Below, in pieces: positions 10,148 through 19,727 of a DNA stretch of 64,000 nucleotides; the stretch's first letter is position 1; every line of letters starts with the position of its first letter. The DNA is from an uncultured Candidatus Saccharibacteria bacterium (GTDB taxonomy: Bacteria > Patescibacteriota > Minisyncoccia > Phycocordibacterales > UBA9973): positions 92,260-156,259 of the forward strand of contig CAYYSI010000002.1 of assembly GCA_964474435.1 (NCBI GenBank). Direction: 5' to 3'. The translations under genes and the position numbers were made by a program. The notes below the pieces were generated by a model. The model saw only the letters and a program-made list of their open reading frames with translations, was not told the origin of the DNA and made no database searches.

Positions 10148-10339
10148 AATAATTCAACTAAGCTTCTAATATAGAGTGTGGATTGTGGATATCTCTTCAA
10201 ATACCGTTATATTTCAATAGTATTTTCAGAGACATGACTGTGAGTAAGTATTGAGTATCTTTGATAACTATTTTCAGAGACACTTACTATACACAGTTCT
10301 TCCAATACATTCTCACTTCATTTCCTCGACATATCCACA
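10148..10339. promoter_or_regulatory. dnaA-dnaN intergenic origin-associated region with DnaA boxes
   Basis: TGTGGATAT at 10184-10192 and its inverse ATATCCACA at 10331-10339 (8/9 to consensus) flank an AT-rich segment that contains two copies of TATTTTCAGAGACA (10221-10234, 10269-10282). Confidence 0.55.
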
Positions 10340-11683
10340 TCATTTAAACATGATACGGATATCTTCGAGTTCTTTCATGAGATGTGGGTCGCGATCAAGT
10401 TCATTTTTAATTTTTTCATAGGAGTGAATGACAGTGGTGTGATCTTTTCCACCAAGTTTTGCACCGATTGATGGATAGGACTCATTGAAGTCTTCTCGAA
10501 GGATAAACATGATCACTTGGCGAGCTTTCACAATCTCTTTACGGCGTGTCTTTTCATAGATCACTCGCTCATCAAGGTTGTAATACTCAGAGATCGACTT
10601 CACAACTGTGTCGACCGATACAACTCGTCGTGGTTTAACGCTATTTTTAATCAATACCTTCACCTCAGTCAAGCTTATCGGCTTTTGTTTGACCTCAGTG
10701 TGCACTGAAATGACATTGAGTACACCTTCAAGCTCTCGAATACTACTTGTCACAACTGAGGCAATATAGAGGAGGACGTCTTCGTCGAGTGGGTGCGGGA
10801 GTTGGGCACTCTTTTCGCGCACAATCGCAAGTCTACTCTCGAGATCAGGCTCTTGGATGTCGATAGTCATACCGGCATTGAAGCGAGTCTTGAGACGGTC
10901 TTCGAGGCCAATAATATGGTTTGGGTGTTTATCAGAAGAGAAAATAATATTTTTCCCCTGCTCATAGAGCGCATTGAAGAGATGGAAGAGTTCTGTCTGG
11001 GTCCCCTCCTTTCCTGAGACAAATTGAATATCATCAATAATAAGAACATCAACCTTGCGGTATTTTTCACGGAAGGTATTGGTACGATTAGTTTGAACAG
11101 AACTCGTATAATCATTCATAAATTTCTCCGCAGTAGTATAGAGGACGCGCTTATCAGGAAAGAGTCGCTTCATCTCGTTCCCTACTGCTTGAGTGAGGTG
11201 GGTTTTACCAAGACCGCTCGCACTATAGAAAAAGAGTGGGTTATACGCGTGTTGTGGGTTTTTCACGACTGCTTGGGCTGCGGCATACGCAAGTTCATTA
11301 AATGGTCCAACAACAAAGCGATCAAAGGTGTATCGAGGGTTAAGGTTGTCGTCGCGGTTAATATAGACTTGTTGGAGTGGAAGCTCAGGCTTTTCTTCAA
11401 TACTTTTTGGTTGTACTGGTTGTGGAGCAGAGATTTGGCCGATAATGAACTCAATCCCTCGGATATGGTCCAAGTGGTCTACAATCGTCTTTAAGATGAG
11501 TTTGTGGTACTTGGTGATCATCCACTCACGGACGAATTCATTGGGGACAGTGATGTAAATGATCCCCTCTTCCTCTTTATTGATTGCAGTATTTTTAAAC
11601 CAAGTAGTGAAGTTTGCCTTGGTGACCTGAGGTTCGATTTCTTGTAGGCAAGTCTCCCAGAGTTGTAATACTGATGTATCCAT
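10340..11683 (-). CDS. dnaA: chromosomal replication initiator DnaA
   Basis: AAA+ Walker A GLGKTHL, Walker B LIIDDIQF, and a C-terminal DnaA-box binding domain. Confidence 0.95.
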   Translation of the reverse strand: MDTSVLQLWETCLQEIEPQVTKANFTTWFKNTAINKEEEGIIYITVPNEFVREWMITKYHKLILKTIVDHLDHIRGIEFIIGQISAPQPVQPKSIEEKPELPLQQVYINRDDNLNPRYTFDRFVVGPFNELAYAAAQAVVKNPQHAYNPLFFYSASGLGKTHLTQAVGNEMKRLFPDKRVLYTTAEKFMNDYTSSVQTNRTNTFREKYRKVDVLIIDDIQFVSGKEGTQTELFHLFNALYEQGKNIIFSSDKHPNHIIGLEDRLKTRFNAGMTIDIQEPDLESRLAIVREKSAQLPHPLDEDVLLYIASVVTSSIRELEGVLNVISVHTEVKQKPISLTEVKVLIKNSVKPRRVVSVDTVVKSISEYYNLDERVIYEKTRRKEIVKARQVIMFILREDFNESYPSIGAKLGGKDHTTVIHSYEKIKNELDRDPHLMKELEDIRIMFK

Positions 11684-11827
11684 AATTTCGTATCCCTATC
11701 ATACCGCACATCAACACTATTGTTGAAAGTGGGGAAAACATGTGAATAGTGTTGATTATAGCAGAATTACCACAGGACTAGAGAGACTTGATTACTTCCC
11801 TACTATTGTGTATAGTGTTGCTACTTT
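11684..11827. promoter_or_regulatory. rpmH-dnaA intergenic region with DnaA-box-like repeats (candidate oriC part / dnaA promoter)
   Basis: Three copies of ATAGTGTTG, two of them within TGTGAATAG / TGTGTATAG (8/9 to TGTGNATAA) and one inverted at about 11714. Confidence 0.45.
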
Positions 11828-11962
11828 ATGTCACAAACCTACCAGCCAAATAAGCGAAAACGAGCAACAACACACGGATTTTTGGTCCGCTCTGCCTCTG
11901 TAGGTGGCCGCAAAGTCCTCAAAGCACGTCGCCAAAAAGGCCGCGCCAAGCTCGCTGTCTAA
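11828..11962 (+). CDS. rpmH: 50S ribosomal protein L34
   Basis: Manual translation gives [44 protein letters not shown]; below the track cutoff. Confidence 0.85.
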   Translation: MSQTYQPNKRKRATTHGFLVRSASVGGRKVLKARRQKGRAKLAV

Positions 11963-11972
11963 CCCCTCTCCT

Positions 11973-12296
11973 ATGCTTCCTAAAACAGAACGGCTCTCTC
12001 GTGCTCAGTTCTCAGAAATCCTTACAAATAAAGGCTTTTTGACCATTTATAACCGTCTTGGGACGCTCAAATATGTGCCTTCTAGTACTAAACAAGCACT
12101 TTCTGTAGTCACCAGTAGTAAGCATGAGAAAAAGGCCGTAATCCGCAATAAGCTCCGCCGCCGCCTGTATTCCCTATTTGGGAAGGAAAAACGCGCTATA
12201 ACGGGCATTTTCTATACTGCAAAGGGGTCATATGCGTTCAGTTATCCTGAAATACAAACACTTTTTAATGAATTACTCAAAAAGACTACTAAATAA
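11973..12296 (+). CDS. rnpA: ribonuclease P protein component
   Basis: Follows rpmH; basic protein with KLRRRLY; internal ATG at 11973 chosen because the track ORF overlaps rpmH. Confidence 0.75.
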   Translation: MLPKTERLSRAQFSEILTNKGFLTIYNRLGTLKYVPSSTKQALSVVTSSKHEKKAVIRNKLRRRLYSLFGKEKRAITGIFYTAKGSYAFSYPEIQTLFNELLKKTTK

Positions 12297-12525
12297 GGCC
12301 GCAATCGGTCTGATCCATGTCTACCGAGCTATTTTGTCGCCCTCAGTGGGAATCCTACGCATCTCACCTTTCTATCCTCGCCCAAGCTGCATCTTTTATC
12401 CGACATGCTCGGAGTACGGGATTGAATGCTTCAAAAAGTACCCATTCCTGACTGCGGTACGAAAAACAGCGAACCGTGTCGGGCGCTGTCACCCGGGGAA
12501 CGAACCGAAGGTGGACCTACCCTAA
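12268..12525 (+). CDS. yidD: membrane protein insertion efficiency factor YidD
   Basis: Conserved YidD motifs (FYPTCSEYGIE, RCHPG) and position between rnpA and yidC. Confidence 0.7.
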   Translation: MNYSKRLLNKAAIGLIHVYRAILSPSVGILRISPFYPRPSCIFYPTCSEYGIECFKKYPFLTAVRKTANRVGRCHPGNEPKVDLP

Positions 12526-12563
12526 TCCATTGCCATTTCGAGGTCTACGGGTACAATAGACGG

Positions 12564-13274
12564 ATGCATACCCTTTGGAATACCTTTATCTACAACCCGA
12601 TTTACAACGCACTCATATTCATCGCCCAGCACGTCACACTCCAAGACGTCGGGCTTGCGGTGATCCTCGTCACCATCCTTATCCGTTTCATCCTCCTCCC
12701 TCTTTCCAAGAAAAGTATTGTTGGGCAGTACAAAATGCGCGCACTTGAACCAAAGATTAATGCAATCAAGGCACAGGGTCTCTCAAAAGAAGAAGAATCA
12801 AAGGCAACCTTTGCACTCTACAAGACTGAAAAGGTCAATCCATTTTCTGGATGTCTCTATCTCCTCATCCAGCTCCCCATCCTTTTTGCGCTCTATTTTG
12901 TTTTCCGAAATGGTGTTGATCAGCCGACACATCTCTACTTGTTTTTGAGTACAGAAGGACTCAAGAATACACTTCTCGGGCTCGTCGATATCACCAAACC
13001 ATTCATCCCCTTTGCAATCCTTGCGGGTCTCACCCAAGGTATCCAAGCGTTCCTCACACCAAAGCCGCCTGTCAGTACTGATAATGGGTTCCAAGGTCAA
13101 TTTGCAAAGAGTATGGCAGTCCAGACCAAATACATCTTGCCACTCATTATTATATTTATTGCAACCAAGCTTGCTGCAGCAGTTGCACTCTATTGGTCTA
13201 TCACCAACATCTTTTCCATCGTTCAAGAGTTGTATTTCCGCAAGCAAATTGCTCGCAAAGCTACTATCAGTTAA
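12564..13274 (+). CDS. yidC: membrane protein insertase YidC (short form)
   Basis: Multi-TM Oxa1/YidC core; ATG at 12564 chosen just after the yidD stop. Confidence 0.8.
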   Translation: MHTLWNTFIYNPIYNALIFIAQHVTLQDVGLAVILVTILIRFILLPLSKKSIVGQYKMRALEPKINAIKAQGLSKEEESKATFALYKTEKVNPFSGCLYLLIQLPILFALYFVFRNGVDQPTHLYLFLSTEGLKNTLLGLVDITKPFIPFAILAGLTQGIQAFLTPKPPVSTDNGFQGQFAKSMAVQTKYILPLIIIFIATKLAAAVALYWSITNIFSIVQELYFRKQIARKATIS

Positions 13275-14530
13275 TAGCTATATTGCCAAAGGATACCTGT
13301 TTGTTTGTCGATGAAATACGCGACTCCAAGTGTTTCATCTACAGATAGGTTCGTCATGTCATATGAAGTGCCACTATTGTCGTACAGTGTGTCGTAGAGC
13401 GCAGCACTCGTGTAGATGCGATAGAGTTGGTCTGAGAATGTCACTGTGCCTTGGTACCACGCATCAGGATATGCTGCCTCTGGGACACTTGTGTTCCCTG
13501 CACAGATGAGGTCTTCGCTTTTGAGCCATGTGCATTTCTCGGGCAGTATTGTGAGACTGAGATTGCGAGTCGTATTCGTTTTAGTATTCAAAAGTTTGGT
13601 GACAAAGCTGTTGCCAGAGTTTTGTGAATAGATGATGTAGGTACCACTTGGACTGACTGACGCAGTGAGGCCGTTGATGTTGCCGAGCACACGACGAAGT
13701 TTCTTCTCAGTGGTATCAACTCGATACAGGAATCCTGGCACTTGTGCACTTGCCTTGGTTTGCAAGTATATACTTTTTGCTGTTGGCCACGAGAGTATCC
13801 ATTCGCGAAACGGGGTGCGGAGAATATCAATCTTTTTAGTATTGACTGTGTTTGTCACTGATAGGAGTGCACCATTTGTCTCATTGGTGATACGTGCGAC
13901 CTGTGCGCCATCAGGAGATGGAGCAAGGGCCGAGATGTTGTCCGAGAAGTACAATCCTTCTTTTTGAGTACGGGTGTTATCTGGGTTTGGCGGAGGAACT
14001 GGGACACTATAGGTCGCAATCGTGCGCTGGTCTGCGCGCAAGAATCGAAGGAGTGCTGTTGCAAACTTGTCTCCAAATGAGGCTTCGTAAATGTTTGGAA
14101 TATACACGTTTGAAATCTGGAGCGGCATAGAGCTATCCTCGATCTCGTACACGTAGCCGTTGCTGCGTGCAACATAGCGCAGGAGGTGTTTCGTCGTGAT
14201 CTGTGTCGTTGGTTTAGATTTGGGAATGCTCGGATCGGCAGGAATAGTGGTTGTGACCGTTGCAGTGTATGCACTAAAACCTGCGACTGCATCAGGACTC
14301 AGCTGTTTGAATGGAGATGCGATAGGGGTGGTATTTTCGGCAACAGTCTCAGCTCCTGTTGGGAGAGTGCCGGGAATGTTGGGGGTTGTATTTGCGCCTA
14401 TTGGGAAAAAGGCACCAAAGTCAGTAACTGCTGGTATACCATCCTCTGTCTGATGACGCTTGGCATAGATGTACCACCCAACACTCGCAACAACGAGGAG
14501 TCCGAGAATAATAAAAAAGATTTTCCGCAT
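13271..14530 (-). CDS. membrane-anchored hypothetical protein with beta-propeller-like (SPDG/SPSG) repeats
   Basis: N-terminal TM anchor; repeated SPDGAQV / SPSGTYIIY motifs reminiscent of TolB/PD40; the most distal gene of the T4SS-like array. Confidence 0.45.
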   Translation of the reverse strand: MRKIFFIILGLLVVASVGWYIYAKRHQTEDGIPAVTDFGAFFPIGANTTPNIPGTLPTGAETVAENTTPIASPFKQLSPDAVAGFSAYTATVTTTIPADPSIPKSKPTTQITTKHLLRYVARSNGYVYEIEDSSMPLQISNVYIPNIYEASFGDKFATALLRFLRADQRTIATYSVPVPPPNPDNTRTQKEGLYFSDNISALAPSPDGAQVARITNETNGALLSVTNTVNTKKIDILRTPFREWILSWPTAKSIYLQTKASAQVPGFLYRVDTTEKKLRRVLGNINGLTASVSPSGTYIIYSQNSGNSFVTKLLNTKTNTTRNLSLTILPEKCTWLKSEDLICAGNTSVPEAAYPDAWYQGTVTFSDQLYRIYTSAALYDTLYDNSGTSYDMTNLSVDETLGVAYFIDKQTGILWQYSY

Positions 14531-14550
14531 GAGAGTATTGTACTACAATA

Positions 14551-16269
14551 TTAGTTTCCAATAACCACTTGTGTTCCGGTTTTTATATATGGAAGCAGTG
14601 CTTCTATATCAGCGTTTTTCATTCGAATACACCCATTTGTTCCACTAAGGGTTCCGTTTTTATTACCGTGCATACCAATCCCTCTCTCACCATTTTGCAT
14701 AGGACTTAGGTGAAAGAAAGCAGCTCCCATGTTTGAACCTTGGGCATTAAATACTGGTTGCCCAGGTTTTTTTGGTGTTCTTATGTCTATAATTTTCCAA
14801 GTACCGATTGGTGTTTTTTTATCTCCTGTTTGTGCTTGTCCAGGGTTTGCAAAGCCATTGATTCCATGTCCAACATCAATAATATTATTTGTATCTACCG
14901 CCGAGCCTTTTTTAAGTCCAATAACCATCCTGTTATTTGTATATATTTTGAAATATGAAATTTCCCACCCTTCATTTTTAATTTTATTAACAACATTTGT
15001 TACCGCAGGAGAAATAGATGCATCTTTTGAATAAGTAACTTTTCCTGATTTGAAATCAGCTTCTTTGGAATCGTCACCAGCATCAGGATAATCAACAATT
15101 TCTACCCCAACCTCCACACTCGCAACATTGATACTATTCGAAACCAATTTTGGATTAATAGTATTGAGTATGAGGTATGCAGAGAGTGCTAAAAGCAATC
15201 CCATAAGTGCAGTAAAGAAACCACTTTTGGCACTTGCCTTGAGGAATGGCACATCAGTGACGAGGTATTGATAGCCTTCGTACATAAGTCGGAGTACAAG
15301 TACAACTGCCGTGAGGCCAATCAATGTTTTGAACGCAAAATTGAGGAAACCATTGATGTCACAGATTGCGTCTTGGGGAACTTTTTTATCAAGCTTTTGT
15401 TGTGCACAAAGATCAGGATCCATAAGCACTGATAGTCCTGGCCATGGCGCAAGCAGGTGGTAGCTTTTTGCATCGAACTCAGTCTGCTCTTTGACACTTC
15501 CCGCAGGGGTGTATCCAGTAGAACTATTGAACCTATCATCCTTTGTTGCGAGGACAGTGTTCCCTGTTTTGATGGTCTGGCGCATATAGTAGAGCGTATT
15601 TGGAGTAAGTCCGCCAAGATTCCAGTAGTATGAACCATCATCGTTTACACCTTCTGTCGACCCATTTGTTGTTGTGTGTGCGATAGCGAGTGCTGCCCCA
15701 GTGAAACCTCCTGATTGTGATGTGTAGAGTAGTTCAACTTTTAGGCCATTAATATAAGGATATTTTGTTATATCGATTTTTCCAGAAATAACCGCTTTCT
15801 GTCCATCACTACTTGGAGTTACTTCTTTTGGCCATGTATAAAAATTTGCTGTCCCCCCGGTTCCTGTGATCGCAACAGCAGTATCAGATGCATTTACTGG
15901 AGCCCCAATATTTGTAGATATTGTTCCGATAGTCGGAGCCTGTGGCAGCTTCATCGCATGCAAATAGTATGTGTAGTTATTTTTGTATGCACCGCCACTT
16001 ATCTGCCACACTACTTTGCCACCAACTGCTTTCTTGCGCATGTCAGTTGCGAATGTTGGAGAAGCGCTGTTAGGTGCAGGAACAGGTGCTGCATTGTCGT
16101 AGAGCTCAAACTCACTGACAGTGTCGGTCACACCCGTCATTGTCACAGTGATCTCTGTCGCAGACACGACTGCAGTGAGAGGATAGAGCGAAGCAACCAC
16201 AGATTTTGTTGGGATCAAAAAAAGAATGAGCGCGATGGGAATGAAGAGTGATTTAAAAAATGAATTCAT
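14551..16269 (-). CDS. secreted protein with central two-TM pilin-like hairpin and C-terminal L,D-transpeptidase (YkuD) domain
   Basis: Signal peptide MNSFFKSLFIPIALILFLIPTKSVVA (ATG at 16269). A hydrophobic hairpin (LIGLTAVVLVLRLMY...FFTALMGLLLALSAYLILNTI) resembles VirB2/TrbC pilins. The C-terminus has the YkuD motif GIGMHG...GCIRM. Confidence 0.55.
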   Translation of the reverse strand: MNSFFKSLFIPIALILFLIPTKSVVASLYPLTAVVSATEITVTMTGVTDTVSEFELYDNAAPVPAPNSASPTFATDMRKKAVGGKVVWQISGGAYKNNYTYYLHAMKLPQAPTIGTISTNIGAPVNASDTAVAITGTGGTANFYTWPKEVTPSSDGQKAVISGKIDITKYPYINGLKVELLYTSQSGGFTGAALAIAHTTTNGSTEGVNDDGSYYWNLGGLTPNTLYYMRQTIKTGNTVLATKDDRFNSSTGYTPAGSVKEQTEFDAKSYHLLAPWPGLSVLMDPDLCAQQKLDKKVPQDAICDINGFLNFAFKTLIGLTAVVLVLRLMYEGYQYLVTDVPFLKASAKSGFFTALMGLLLALSAYLILNTINPKLVSNSINVASVEVGVEIVDYPDAGDDSKEADFKSGKVTYSKDASISPAVTNVVNKIKNEGWEISYFKIYTNNRMVIGLKKGSAVDTNNIIDVGHGINGFANPGQAQTGDKKTPIGTWKIIDIRTPKKPGQPVFNAQGSNMGAAFFHLSPMQNGERGIGMHGNKNGTLSGTNGCIRMKNADIEALLPYIKTGTQVVIGN

Positions 16270-16270
16270 A

Positions 16271-17218
16271 TTAGTTAAATAGAAGCGTAAACTGTTTCTC
16301 AATATGCTGCAAGCTGTACGCGACAGTCGTGATCGCAAGATTGATGGTGCTTTGTACGGCAGTATTTGGACGAGAGAGACCTATTTCGTTTGCACGACTT
16401 GGGGTTACGGTTTGTCCATCGATGGTCATTGCAAATGAGAGATTGTTGAGAATGCCCTGTGGTGCGCTAAAGTAGTATGGTTCGAAATGAAGCACAATAC
16501 CCGTTTGCGTAAATGGGATAGTTTTGTTGTAGCCATGGGCATAGTCAACAAAACCTTCCCTGTTTTGATACGCAACAAGCGATGGAGACTGGAGTGCGGT
16601 CACTCGAGTAAGTCCTGTACCTGCAAAGACGCCGCCAGAGAGCGACACCTCAGTAGTTTCTTGGGGAGTGAATTCGTTTTGTGTAACAAGAAGGCTTGAT
16701 TTGTTGTATCCAGATTGTTCGGGTACGGCAGAGCCGTTGCGTGACCAGGTATAGGTGACTCCGCTTGGAGCACTTGCCGAAGGAATCGCCGTAAATCGCA
16801 GGAGTCCATTGACGGGCAAGAGCGCCTTCCCTTTATAAAATGGCGGCGTATACGCATCTGCTGCTTCCCAGAGTACGTCCACACTTGCTGGGCGAAGTAC
16901 GACACTCGTGCTCGCATTTTCGATACCTGAACCACTTGCATTCATAGAGACCACACCTGTTGCACCACTTGCAGGAGCAATGACACTAACCGTCGTTCTC
17001 CCTACACCTCGTGCAATGACGACGTTGTTGTACGTCCATGTGATAGAGGCTTGGCTGAGGTCTGCACTATAGCTTGATGCAGTGAGTGTTACAGTACTCC
17101 CTGGTTCGGGGTTGTTGGGTATGACATCAATAGAGATATCTGTACTAATTTGTGCTCGTGCGACATGAGGAATGAGCAGTGCTCCAACAATGAGCATGAT
17201 CGACCATATATATTTCAT
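16271..17218 (-). CDS. secreted hypothetical protein (signal peptide, Ig-like repeat composition)
   Basis: Cleavable signal peptide ending HVARAQ and a S/T-rich beta-rich sequence; tightly packed within the T4SS-like array. Confidence 0.45.
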   Translation of the reverse strand: MKYIWSIMLIVGALLIPHVARAQISTDISIDVIPNNPEPGSTVTLTASSYSADLSQASITWTYNNVVIARGVGRTTVSVIAPASGATGVVSMNASGSGIENASTSVVLRPASVDVLWEAADAYTPPFYKGKALLPVNGLLRFTAIPSASAPSGVTYTWSRNGSAVPEQSGYNKSSLLVTQNEFTPQETTEVSLSGGVFAGTGLTRVTALQSPSLVAYQNREGFVDYAHGYNKTIPFTQTGIVLHFEPYYFSAPQGILNNLSFAMTIDGQTVTPSRANEIGLSRPNTAVQSTINLAITTVAYSLQHIEKQFTLLFN

Positions 17219-17260
17219 GCATCTAGTATATCATCGAGTACCGTATCCGAATATGTATCG

Positions 17261-19069
17261 CTATCGGTTCTGTTCGCTAAATTCTTTCTTTGCGGCACGT
17301 ATGGAGATGACTTGGGATGGGTCAGATGTGATGATCTGGTCTTCGGTATATGATGCAATGATTTTGATCGCGACATGTTTGAGTCCGGCAAAGAAGATGC
17401 CCTCTCCGACACCACTCTCGAGCAAGAGAAACTTCTCTTCATCAGTGAGGTTGAATGTTTTCTGGAGTACATCCATAGTTGAGGGAGATTGTTTGAGCAA
17501 AAGTTGGATCGATGAGTTGGTGACGATTGGTACGCCATACGGGCTCTTCATGAAGTCCCCCACGTCTTGGGTGATAGTACAAAGTCCGAGATAGTATTTA
17601 CGGCCTCGCTTTGCGATTGAGTACAGGAACGATGCAGTGTCGTCTGACTTCATCATCCACCACGCCTCATCCACCACAAGTAGACGCTTCTTGAGTTCTT
17701 TGCGCACTGCATTCCAAATGAAGTGCGTGACGATGTACATCGCCGCTGGCTTGAGATCGTCTTCCATGTCGCGCACAGAGAACACGACGAACTTTTTGTT
17801 GATGTCGACGTTTGTTGGTTGGTTGATAAATGTTGCCCATGAGCCGTGTGTGTATTTGGTGAGACGCTGAAGTATGGACTCAGTCCCCTCCATACCAGAG
17901 AGCACCATTTCAAAGTCAGAAAGGAGTGGCGGTTCGATTGTTGCGAAGTCGCTTTCGGGTGTGATGTCTTTCAATGAATACGTTTCGGTAATCGCACGGT
18001 CGATGATCGAGTCTTCTTCAGGACTTAGTCCCCCAAGCATGATACGAAAGAGTCCGACAAGGTTGATGATGTTGGAGCGAAGTACATCTGCTGGGGACTC
18101 GTCCACACGAGGTATTGGCAGGTCAAATGGATTGATGTGGTTGTCAGACGAAAGTGAGATATTGAAATATCGTCCCCCGATTGCTTCTGCGAGGTATTCG
18201 TATTCGCGCTCTGGGTCAATGACGATCACGTCGGTATCAAACATCAGCGTTCGGATAATTTCAAGTTTAGTCGCATAACTTTTTCCGGCACCAGACTTCG
18301 CAAAGATGATGGAGTTGTAGTTCTCAAGTGAAAAGCGATCAAAGATCACAAGGGATGAGTTGTGACGGTTCACACCATAGAGAATGCCAGTGTCCCCTGT
18401 CAGGTCAAATGATACGAAGGGAAACATACTCGATATTGGTTCAGAGTTGAGCTTCTGAGTGATACCAAGCTTGTCAGTCCCAAGTGGTACGACGGTTTTG
18501 AACCCATCTTCTTCTTGAAAGAGCGCCGGTTTGATGTAGATCATCTTGGATTCGAGCATGCTCTTGATCTCGCTCTCGGTGCGGAAGAGATCATTTTCAT
18601 TGTCGGCATAGATCGAAATATAAAAGCCGATGTTAAACATCTTTTCTTGGGCTTGAGTGAGATTGTCACGGAGTTCTTCGAGGTCTTGGTACGCAGTATC
18701 GAGCATTGGGTCGCGCACAAGTCCCTTTTGCTGGCGGACGATGATCTGACTTTCTACCTCTGCAATTTTCTTTTGGAAATGTTTGAGGAGCTCAGAGGTC
18801 TCGATCGGGTTGACGTAGATTGCCACATCAAAGATCTTGTCGAGGTTGATGATTGGCGTGAACCAGTTGTCGGTGAGGTATCGTGGGTATGCGATCACAA
18901 AGAATGTGCGCACGGTCTTGTCACCAATGCGCATGGACTTGGGCGTGATCTCGATTGCAGACGGCGCGATCTTGTCTGCGAGCTCCATGGTCGCCCATTC
19001 ATACACTTCTTCGGGAAGAATAGGGAGTTTTTTATTTACTTTTTTGTCGTTCGATCCAAAGAGTGCCAT
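17261..19069 (-). CDS. VirB4/TraC/TrbE-family type IV secretion ATPase
   Basis: Walker A FAKSGAGKSY; Walker B LLVVDEAWWMM (the DEAW signature of VirB4/TraC AAA_10); 602 aa. Confidence 0.7.
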   Translation of the reverse strand: MALFGSNDKKVNKKLPILPEEVYEWATMELADKIAPSAIEITPKSMRIGDKTVRTFFVIAYPRYLTDNWFTPIINLDKIFDVAIYVNPIETSELLKHFQKKIAEVESQIIVRQQKGLVRDPMLDTAYQDLEELRDNLTQAQEKMFNIGFYISIYADNENDLFRTESEIKSMLESKMIYIKPALFQEEDGFKTVVPLGTDKLGITQKLNSEPISSMFPFVSFDLTGDTGILYGVNRHNSSLVIFDRFSLENYNSIIFAKSGAGKSYATKLEIIRTLMFDTDVIVIDPEREYEYLAEAIGGRYFNISLSSDNHINPFDLPIPRVDESPADVLRSNIINLVGLFRIMLGGLSPEEDSIIDRAITETYSLKDITPESDFATIEPPLLSDFEMVLSGMEGTESILQRLTKYTHGSWATFINQPTNVDINKKFVVFSVRDMEDDLKPAAMYIVTHFIWNAVRKELKKRLLVVDEAWWMMKSDDTASFLYSIAKRGRKYYLGLCTITQDVGDFMKSPYGVPIVTNSSIQLLLKQSPSTMDVLQKTFNLTDEEKFLLLESGVGEGIFFAGLKHVAIKIIASYTEDQIITSDPSQVISIRAAKKEFSEQNR

Positions 19070-19089
19070 TACTCCTCAAGTATACAATA

Positions 19090-19725
19090 CTATTGTCCTT
19101 TTGCTTGTGTTGTGTTCTCTCCAGGGTTGAATGTTTTGTACAAAAGCTCAATCACTTCTTCGGTGCCTAGTTGTGCAACACGCAGCCCCACACGCGACAG
19201 TCCTTGTTCAACGACACTCACGCGCTCTTCGAGCTGACTTCGCTGTTCTTCGAAATCACTCACGGTCTGTGTTGCTGTGCTTGTCTTATTAAAAAATGAA
19301 AACACTTTTGCAATACCCTTTTGCTGACTGAGGATTGGTGGGATATATGGGATCACGACGAAAAAGGACTTGCGCATGATGTTGACCTGATCGGTGAAAC
19401 TCTGAATGAACTGAATGTATTCGCGTGTTTGCACTTGAAGCAATGGCTCTGTCTGCTCCTTGAGGCGGTTTTGCAGCGTCAAAATGTAGGGCCTGATGTC
19501 ATAGCGGCGACTCTGAATGACAATTTCTATAGGGAAATCGAGGGTGTTGAGGAAGTTTTGGAACTGCATGAGAGTTGCACGCTGTTCATCATAGGATTTG
19601 AGTGAGAGGTTGATGGATGATACAAGGACGACCATGCAGAGTGAGCCATCTTTTTGTACGACGATACCATCGCGTACTTCTTTGACCGGGACGAATTGTT
19701 GGGCTGGTGTGCCAATGGTAGCCAT
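19090..19725 (-). CDS. hypothetical protein immediately upstream of VirB4-like ATPase (possible detached VirB4 N-terminal domain)
   Basis: 211 aa, soluble; 20-nt gap to the ATPase gene in a different frame, and its own start context precedes the ATPase ATG. Confidence 0.4.
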   Translation of the reverse strand: MATIGTPAQQFVPVKEVRDGIVVQKDGSLCMVVLVSSINLSLKSYDEQRATLMQFQNFLNTLDFPIEIVIQSRRYDIRPYILTLQNRLKEQTEPLLQVQTREYIQFIQSFTDQVNIMRKSFFVVIPYIPPILSQQKGIAKVFSFFNKTSTATQTVSDFEEQRSQLEERVSVVEQGLSRVGLRVAQLGTEEVIELLYKTFNPGENTTQAKGQ

Positions 19726-19727
19726 AG

